Both the position numbers and the translations under genes were made by a program. Source: Candidatus Campbellbacteria bacterium (GTDB lineage Bacteria; Patescibacteriota; Minisyncoccia; Phycocordibacterales; EsbW-18). From it: a stretch of DNA of 64,000 bases. Positions 57,813 to 64,000 of this stretch are shown here, one piece after another. The notes under the pieces are model-generated. The model searched no databases and had not been told where the DNA came from. It saw nothing but the letters and a program-made list of their open reading frames with translations. The stretch is taken from positions 80,255 through 144,254 of the forward strand of contig JANLIT010000002.1 of the NCBI GenBank assembly GCA_024653945.1, in the 5' to 3' direction. Position 1 is the stretch's first letter. Every line of letters begins with the position of its first letter.

Positions 57813-58337
57813 CTACTCGGCGTTTGTATACACCTCCTGCACATCATCATTATCTTCAAGTTCTTCAATGAGGCCGGCGAGTTTCATTCCGTCTTCTTCA
57901 GAAAGGGGAATGGTTGTTGATGGCGCCCACCCTTCGGAGGTTTTGGTGAATGCCCAACTTGCCGATCCGGGGGCTGCAAGCGCGAGCCCATTTTCAGAAA
58001 GAAGGTGTTTCATTTCTTGAGATGTTCTGTTTTTGCTATCGGTGAGTCCTTCAATAATAAGCGCACAGCCCCCCGGTCCGTATGCCTCATAGGTTACTTT
58101 TTCATCAGCAACGGTGTTTTGGGCACTTTGTATTGATCGGTCGATATTATCTTTGGGCATATTTGCTACACGCGCTTTTTCAATAGCCGCCTTGAGGGTT
58201 GGTGCGTTGAGGTCACCCTTCGTAACCCGGGCCTCCGTTTTGATGAGTTTCACCAGTTTGGTAAAGAGTTTTCCGCGTTGTGCATCAACGGCACCCTTCT
58301 TTTGCTTTATTTGGCTCCACTTATTGTGTCCGGACAT
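57813..58337 (-). CDS. yebC: YebC/PmpR family protein (short form)
   Basis: MSGHNKWSQIK, YEAYGPGG, DDVQEVYTN. Confidence 0.94.
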   Translation of the reverse strand: MSGHNKWSQIKQKKGAVDAQRGKLFTKLVKLIKTEARVTKGDLNAPTLKAAIEKARVANMPKDNIDRSIQSAQNTVADEKVTYEAYGPGGCALIIEGLTDSKNRTSQEMKHLLSENGLALAAPGSASWAFTKTSEGWAPSTTIPLSEEDGMKLAGLIEELEDNDDVQEVYTNAE

Positions 58338-58552
58338 GGTTGATTTTTTAAGAGCTGAGCGATTAAAAAATCTCCACCCCACCCTCTTAATTTATCTAGT
58401 ATATCAAAGAACGGAAGAAATTTTTAGAGGGCGGGGTTCTCAAAAAATATAGTTGCTCGCGAGACTCGCGCCTTATTTTTTGGAAAAACAAAGGACGCAC
58501 CGAGGTGCGTCCGAAACCGTGCCGACATGTAAGCCATTAGAATTTCCAGCAC

Positions 58553-58906
58553 CTACACAGGCGGGCGGGGGGTGAGGTGTGGAGACTTCAGCGCGCGAAG
58601 CTCCATTTGGGAGCCGTGCACAAACCATAACACCAGACCCCCAACAAGACCGAGGATGAACACAAGCCAGTTTGCACGTGAGAGGTCGGTGGTTAGGGGG
58701 TGAAACCTTGTCGCCGGAAAGAGTGGTGAAAAAAGTATCACCAATGCGAATGCCCAGTTTTGCAACAAAAATCCTCCAGACAGGCGCTCAAGAACACATA
58801 GCGCTCCGACCATAACAAGAGGAAACCAAACCGCTTTCAAAAACTCCCACAGAAGGAATGCAAACCACAACACAATCAGGGTTGCCACTTCGCCGAGCGT
58901 TTCCAT
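58553..58906 (-). CDS. Hypothetical membrane protein (orphan cassette)
   Basis: AAGGAGG SD; several TMs. Confidence 0.65.
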   Translation of the reverse strand: METLGEVATLIVLWFAFLLWEFLKAVWFPLVMVGALCVLERLSGGFLLQNWAFALVILFSPLFPATRFHPLTTDLSRANWLVFILGLVGGLVLWFVHGSQMELRALKSPHLTPRPPV

Positions 58907-59056
58907 AAGTACCCTCCTTTGGAAAACAACACCGAGAACGTCTCTGTCTCTGAAGGTACCACCAGCGCTGTGTAATGCAATAGCCAAAGAAAAAGCCCCG
59001 CCTTAGCACAAAGTGCTTCGGCTGGGCGAAAGAACATCTTTTTTGCCAAGGCTCTC

Positions 59057-59656
59057 TTAGATATTGTATTCATCAACCAAAAAATGAGAGCCACCCGATA
59101 TCACCCCAGGCCCCTCAGTTGGTGGAGGTGGGGTCTTCTCTTCCTTGGGCCAGTACAACTTGATGGAGTACTTACCCTCGGCGGTCTTGAGAACTTCGTA
59201 GCCAGCTTCTTCGAGCGCCTTGCAGAGATTGAAAAAAATCTCCTGGTACCCCTTGAATGACGTGGTTGCGCTCTCGCTTCTTTCGCGAAGACTGAGGCTT
59301 GGCTCGCGGGCTTGAGACACCTCCGTTTGAAGATCACTGGCAATCTTCGATCCAAGACGAAGATTTACAGCAAGCTTGGTGAGTTTCTCATCAACTTCAT
59401 TTTGTCCGATGAACGAGCTTCGGATGATGAGCTCGTTCCGAAGCTCTTTGAGTTTCTTCAGGATGAGGAAGGTAAGAAGAACAATTCCCATACATCCAAG
59501 AGAAAAGAGGACAATGATATTGGAATCGGTTGGAACACCATCTCGAAACGCCAACATTCCGATGGATGTGAGTACAAACAGAGTACAAGCACCCCACAAT
59601 CTTTTTGTGACAGAGACATCCGACAAATCATATTTCAAATCTCGTTTCACATCCAC
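59057..59656 (-). CDS. Hypothetical two-TM plus coiled-coil protein (orphan cassette)
   Basis: GGGAGGAG SD, TTGACA promoter at ~59784, family terminator at 58990-59028. Confidence 0.7.
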   Translation of the reverse strand: MDVKRDLKYDLSDVSVTKRLWGACTLFVLTSIGMLAFRDGVPTDSNIIVLFSLGCMGIVLLTFLILKKLKELRNELIIRSSFIGQNEVDEKLTKLAVNLRLGSKIASDLQTEVSQAREPSLSLRERSESATTSFKGYQEIFFNLCKALEEAGYEVLKTAEGKYSIKLYWPKEEKTPPPPTEGPGVISGGSHFLVDEYNI

Positions 59657-59834
59657 CTCCTCCCGCTTTTTGCGGGTGACGTTCCCGCCACAATGGGCCC
59701 ATGAGATCTGCTCGTGAGCAGAGACGATCCGCGCCTCTCAAGGAACATTCGAAACAACAATACGCTTTTGGAGCGTGGTGTCAATCGTATAGAAAAAGCC
59801 CCGCCGCGCACTTGCGTGCAGGCGGGGCGGGGCA

Positions 59835-60125
59835 TTAGCCACCAGTCGTTCCTCCCAATGAGGGGGAATTCGGAAGCTTCGTCCCGGGCCAGAATTCCTT
59901 CTCGAATCGCTCGGCATCCTCCTGAACTCTGCGGATGATCTGTGCAATCACGGCCCGCAATTTCTCCGGCGAGTCGAACTGGGCCAAGGTGCTCAGCCGT
60001 TCGGAGATGAGAATGGCGGGCATCATCACCTGGGGCGGGGTTCCCACCTCGTACAACCTTCTGAGGATGTAGTCGGCGTGGTACTTGATGAGCTCTTCGT
60101 CACCCTGCAGTCGAGTTTCGGGCAT
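59835..60125 (-). CDS. Hypothetical protein (orphan cassette)
   Basis: AAGGAGG SD; TTGACA-N16-TATAAT; family terminator at 59793-59833. Confidence 0.7.
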   Translation of the reverse strand: MPETRLQGDEELIKYHADYILRRLYEVGTPPQVMMPAILISERLSTLAQFDSPEKLRAVIAQIIRRVQEDAERFEKEFWPGTKLPNSPSLGGTTGG

Positions 60126-60193
60126 TTCAGCCTCCTTGTTGTTGGTGAACAGGTTCGGAAAGTATTATATTTTAAAATATACTTTTGTCAAGT

Positions 60194-61255
60194 CTACAGG
60201 AGTGACTCTTGATCAGCTGGTTTTGCACCAATATGTGCACGTCCTTTACCTGTAATGATACGTCCGCGAGGGGAGCGTTCAATAAAACCAAGTTGCATGA
60301 GATATGGTTCGTACACTTCTTCAATAGTTGCGGAGTCTTCTGACAGAGAAGCTGCAAGTGTTGAGAGTCCGACGGGTCCGCCGTTGAACGTGTCAACAAT
60401 AAGTGAAAGTAATTTTTGGTCTGTCGGCGTGAGTCCGCACTCATCAATACCAAGAAGTGTGAGGGCGTCGAGCACAACCTCGTGTGTAACATCTTTTTTG
60501 TGTACTTGTGCAAAATCGCGCACGCGTTTGAGCAAATAGTTTGCTGTGCGTGGTGTTGAGCGGCTTCGTTTTGCAATTTCTTTCAATGCGGAAGCATCGG
60601 CCTCTACGCCAAGCAGTTTCGCTGAGCGTTTGAGAATAGAAAAAATTTCTTCGTCAGTATAAAACTCCAATCGAAACATTCCTCCAGAAAAACGTGAACG
60701 AAGTGGAGCAGAAAGAAGTGCAATGCGCGTTGTTGCGGCAATCAAGGTGAATGGTGGAAGATCCAATTGCACCGTGCGTGCTGACGGACCCTTGCCGATG
60801 ATGATATCGAGACGCCCCGACTCCATGGCGGGGTAGAGAACTTCTTCAATTGCAGGATTAAGACGATGGATTTCATCAATAAACAAAATATCGTTTGGTG
60901 AAAGATTGGTGAGCACCGACGCGAGGTCACCAACGCGTTCAATTGCTGGGCCCGAAGTAATTTTAATTGCGTTGTTCAGTTCGTGAGCAATGAGGTGTGC
61001 AAGTGTTGTCTTTCCAAGACCCGCCGGTCCATAAAAAAGGATATGTTCTGGTGCATGCCCGCGCTCTTTTGCGGCAGACAATAAAATATGAAGGTTGTCT
61101 TTTGTTTGAGATTGTCCGATGTACTCGTTCCAGTGAGTTGGGCGAAGAGAAGCATCCAAATACACATCGCGGATTTCTTTTGGGGTCTCCTCGGCGGGTT
61201 TTTTGGAGGGACTTGAGCCCGTTAGAGTTTTTTCTTTATCGGAAAAAGATGTCAT
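60194..61255 (-). CDS. ruvB: Holliday junction helicase RuvB (start uncertain: ATG 61255 or TTG 61333)
   Basis: [30 protein letters not shown]. Confidence 0.95.
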   Translation of the reverse strand: MTSFSDKEKTLTGSSPSKKPAEETPKEIRDVYLDASLRPTHWNEYIGQSQTKDNLHILLSAAKERGHAPEHILFYGPAGLGKTTLAHLIAHELNNAIKITSGPAIERVGDLASVLTNLSPNDILFIDEIHRLNPAIEEVLYPAMESGRLDIIIGKGPSARTVQLDLPPFTLIAATTRIALLSAPLRSRFSGGMFRLEFYTDEEIFSILKRSAKLLGVEADASALKEIAKRSRSTPRTANYLLKRVRDFAQVHKKDVTHEVVLDALTLLGIDECGLTPTDQKLLSLIVDTFNGGPVGLSTLAASLSEDSATIEEVYEPYLMQLGFIERSPRGRIITGKGRAHIGAKPADQESLL

Positions 61256-61315
61256 AGGAGTATGTGCCCATTTTACAGGGTATTTTGATGTGGTCCAAGA
61301 TAAAACTTTAACGGG
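61218..61315. mobile_element. MITE-like element, copy 5 (just after the ancestral ruvB ATG)
   Basis: cccgttagagtttt...aaaactttaacggg; flanks cttgag/cttgac. Confidence 0.65.
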
Positions 61316-61351
61316 CTTGACATTCTCAATCAAGTATGCTAGGATACTGTT

Positions 61352-61659
61352 GTTCTTTTCAGAAGCGGTTTCAGTAAGGGGTGGCGCACGGAAAGTCCTC
61401 TCAAGAGGAACGAATATTTTCTCGTGCTTACTTAACAGACAGGCGAGAAACCTCTAAGCAAACGTCATGGTCACATGCACAAAGTCGGTGAGGACCCGTT
61501 GGTTGTCTCGATCTCGCATCGAGGTAGCGAACAGTATCCTGAACAGATAATGTGGTTTTGCTTAGAGATTTCTCTTCTGTTAACCTACCCTTTATACTAC
61601 TCGTTATTAAGAAATAAGGAAAGCCACACCATATACTGCGGTGTGGCTTTCTTGTTTTG
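61352..61659 (+). ncRNA. Candidate ~300-nt structured RNA
   Basis: TTGACA-N17-TAGGAT promoter (61317-61345), long internal stems, terminator at 61617-61659, no credible ORF. Confidence 0.5.
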
Positions 61660-61749
61660 TAAAGTTTTTGTTTTCTAACCACCAACCCCTTACTTCTAAC
61701 TTCCAATATCTATTATTTTGGAGCGGGTCTTTTGTGTTTTGTCTACTTT

Positions 61750-63465
61750 TTAGATTTCAGGTGTTGGTGGTGCAGCTTTTTCTTCGGTTGTTAAATCCAC
61801 CACACGCTCAATTTCCTCAAGTGTTGTTTTGCCTTCAAGGACTTTCATAACACCATCTTGAGCCAGTGTGAGAAGACCTTGAAGGTCCGCAGCTTTTCTA
61901 ATTTCACGTTCAGATGGTGAGGATTCAATAATGTCTTCAATTGCGGCGTTCACGATAATTCCTTCATACAAACCCATACGACCCTTATATCCAAGGCCGT
62001 TGCATGCCTCACAGCCACCCTCTCCTGCATGCCACACACGTTCTCGTTGTAGGCTTGCTATTTTACTTGTATCAACAACGGTTCCGAGAACGGCATCAAT
62101 TTTTTCTTTTTCAACACCCTCGAGAGGTACTTCTTTTTTACATTTTTCACAGAGTATTCGCACAAGTCGTTGTGCAAGTGCAAGTGTAAGAGCAGAACCT
62201 AAAATACGAGGATTGATTCCAATGTCGATAAGTCGTGTGAACGCTCCAGCAGCAGAGTTGGTGTGGAGTGTTGAGAACACAAGGTGACCGGTGAGTGCGG
62301 CGTGAATGGCAATTTCCGCAGTTTCATTGTCTCGAATTTCACCCACCATGATGATGTCAGGGTCTTGTCGAAGGGCCGCACGTAGTCCGCTTTGAAATGT
62401 GTAATCGTGCCCACTATCAACCTGCGTTTGGACGACACCCTTCAAGTGATACTCGATTGGGTCTTCAATGGTGATAATTTTGATATCGGGCGTGTGTACT
62501 TTTTTGAGGAATGCGTACAGTGTCGTTGTTTTTCCTGAACCCGTTGGACCAGTAGTGAGAATAAGTCCATTTGGTTTGGCAATTGCAGCGGTTATAATTG
62601 CAAACAAATCATCGCGCATACCAAGCCTTTCAATAGACACAGAGATTGAGTCAGGGTTTAAAATACGCATTACGATAGACTCACCATATTGACCAGGAAG
62701 AATTGATGTACGAATTTCAATACTGATATCTTTAAAATTGATACTAAAACGACCGTCCTGTGCCTCGTTTTGTACGTTGAGCTTGAGGGTTGAGAGAAGT
62801 TTAAAACGTGAAAGTACAAGGTGATATGTTTCCGAATCAATCGTTGCCACATCGGCGAGCACACCGTCCACTCGCATACGAACACGAACATCTTTTTCCT
62901 CGGGTTCTATGTGGATGTCGGATGCTTTTGTTGCAAGGGCACTCGAAAGAAGTACTTCAATAATTCGTGAAATACGGTGTGTCTTTTGCATGGCGAGTGC
63001 TTCCACAAAGAGTTTTTTGATGTCTTCAAGATGTCGTACTTGTGCAACAAGCGCGGTCATGTCTTCAGATCCAATATCGAGCATTCCCTTTTTGCTTCCC
63101 GCTGTGTATGAAAGATCTTTATATCTGTCCCACACAAATGCAAGGCTGTGTGTTGAGGTAAGAGAGAGTGTCGGAGTGAACCCACGACTCTCAAGCTCGG
63201 CAAGAACTGTTTTTGTTGCTGGATTTTCTGGTGCGTGTACCGCCACACTGAGCGCTTTTCCTGTGAGTCCAAACGCAGCAATCATCCCTTCGCGCGCCGA
63301 TTTTTCTGGAATGATAATAAGCGCGTCTGGATTAATTGGAGAAGAGGTGAGGTCAATGTACGGTATAGAATATTTATTTGAAAGCATGTGCATCAAATCC
63401 TCCTCCTCTTGTTCGCGGAGTTGCTCGAACTTTTTATTTTGTTTGTCTTCGTCAAAGGTAATCAT
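61750..63465 (-). CDS. pilB: Type IV pilus / T2SS assembly ATPase (PilB/GspE)
   Basis: ASDIHIEP, QDGRF, GPTGSGKTTT, EDPIEY, LRQDPD, STLHTN, CxxC pairs. Confidence 0.93.
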   Translation of the reverse strand: MITFDEDKQNKKFEQLREQEEEDLMHMLSNKYSIPYIDLTSSPINPDALIIIPEKSAREGMIAAFGLTGKALSVAVHAPENPATKTVLAELESRGFTPTLSLTSTHSLAFVWDRYKDLSYTAGSKKGMLDIGSEDMTALVAQVRHLEDIKKLFVEALAMQKTHRISRIIEVLLSSALATKASDIHIEPEEKDVRVRMRVDGVLADVATIDSETYHLVLSRFKLLSTLKLNVQNEAQDGRFSINFKDISIEIRTSILPGQYGESIVMRILNPDSISVSIERLGMRDDLFAIITAAIAKPNGLILTTGPTGSGKTTTLYAFLKKVHTPDIKIITIEDPIEYHLKGVVQTQVDSGHDYTFQSGLRAALRQDPDIIMVGEIRDNETAEIAIHAALTGHLVFSTLHTNSAAGAFTRLIDIGINPRILGSALTLALAQRLVRILCEKCKKEVPLEGVEKEKIDAVLGTVVDTSKIASLQRERVWHAGEGGCEACNGLGYKGRMGLYEGIIVNAAIEDIIESSPSEREIRKAADLQGLLTLAQDGVMKVLEGKTTLEEIERVVDLTTEEKAAPPTPEI

Positions 63466-63665
63466 TACCTATAGTTTACCCCGTGAGATACACACTGACT
63501 ATACCTTGTGTGGCTTATGACTCGTACACACTCTTTAAAACGCTTTCAACAACATGCAAATAAAATATCTCACGGGGCGTACCTGGGTATCATGTCGTAG
63601 AAAGTACACCATATTCCCACCCTTCATCAATGAGTGAGTATTTTTGGGGGTGGTACAATAGGGTC

Positions 63666-64000
63666 ATGAAAAGGGTGGAATGCCAGTCGCTGGATGAGGT
63701 GGGCAAGCTCGCACGAGCTTTTTTGGGTACCCTTGTGTCTAGGGAAGATGGGGCAACACTTGTCATCTTAAAAGGGGATCTTGGTGCGGGTAAAACCGCA
63801 TTTGTAAAAGAAACGGCGCGATTGCTCGGCATTACGGAACACGTAACAAGTCCGACGTTTGTTATTGAAAAACGCTACACACTTCCTTCCGGCTTACTAC
63901 CTACTACTTCCTACTTTCGCTCCCTCGTCCACATCGATGCATACAGGATGGAAAGTGCACATGAGCTCGAGGTGCTTGGGTGGCAAGAACTTTTGAAAGA
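63666..64000 (+). CDS. tsaE: tRNA threonylcarbamoyladenosine ATPase TsaE (3' truncated by window; not in ORF track)
   Basis: LKGDLGAGKTAF, VTSPTFVI, LVHIDAYR. Confidence 0.93.
   Translation, partial: MKRVECQSLDEVGKLARAFLGTLVSREDGATLVILKGDLGAGKTAFVKETARLLGITEHVTSPTFVIEKRYTLPSGLLPTTSYFRSLVHIDAYRMESAHELEVLGWQELLK

Noticed and set aside
57813-58337. yebC pseudogene (only ~174 aa)
   Set aside because: The frame is intact with conserved N- and C-terminal motifs; an internal domain deletion is more likely than decay.
61385-61600. RNase P RNA (GGAAAGTCC motif)
   Set aside because: Not preceded by GA, and no ACAGAA...CGGCTTA 3' half of P4 was found; kept only as an unknown RNA candidate.

Overview
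Chromosomal window from a Patescibacteria (CPR, Parcubacteria-like) bacterium that spans the probable replication origin. The taxonomy is inferred from gene content. It carries yidC-rnpA-rpmH / dnaA-oriC-dnaN, a VirB4/PrgI/VirB6-like/pilin T4SS-like cluster, housekeeping genes (rny, HU, cca, xth, xerC, rpsO, pnp, dksA, comM, uvrD, rsmA, class A PBP, tyrS, ruvC, yebC, ruvB, pilB, tsaE) and five tRNAs. The most unusual structure lies between and inside these genes. (1) A window-wide system of degenerate 7-nt tandem repeats brackets a four-helix-bundle gene and an ORF6N gene as inverted arrays, also occurs as an 'empty' site, and appears in frame inside XerC, PNPase, UvrD, RsmA and TsaE. (2) Five MITE-like CCCGTTAGAG...CTCTAACGGG elements have unrelated interiors and 6-bp flanking repeats, and most sit on start or stop codons. 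(3) A parS array is written into the yraN coding sequence. (4) Self-contained promoter-SD-orphan ORF-terminator cassettes share a hairpin family. (5) Three ORF-free promoter-to-terminator units look like unannotated structured RNAs. All product calls come from motif recognition by eye; no database search was run.
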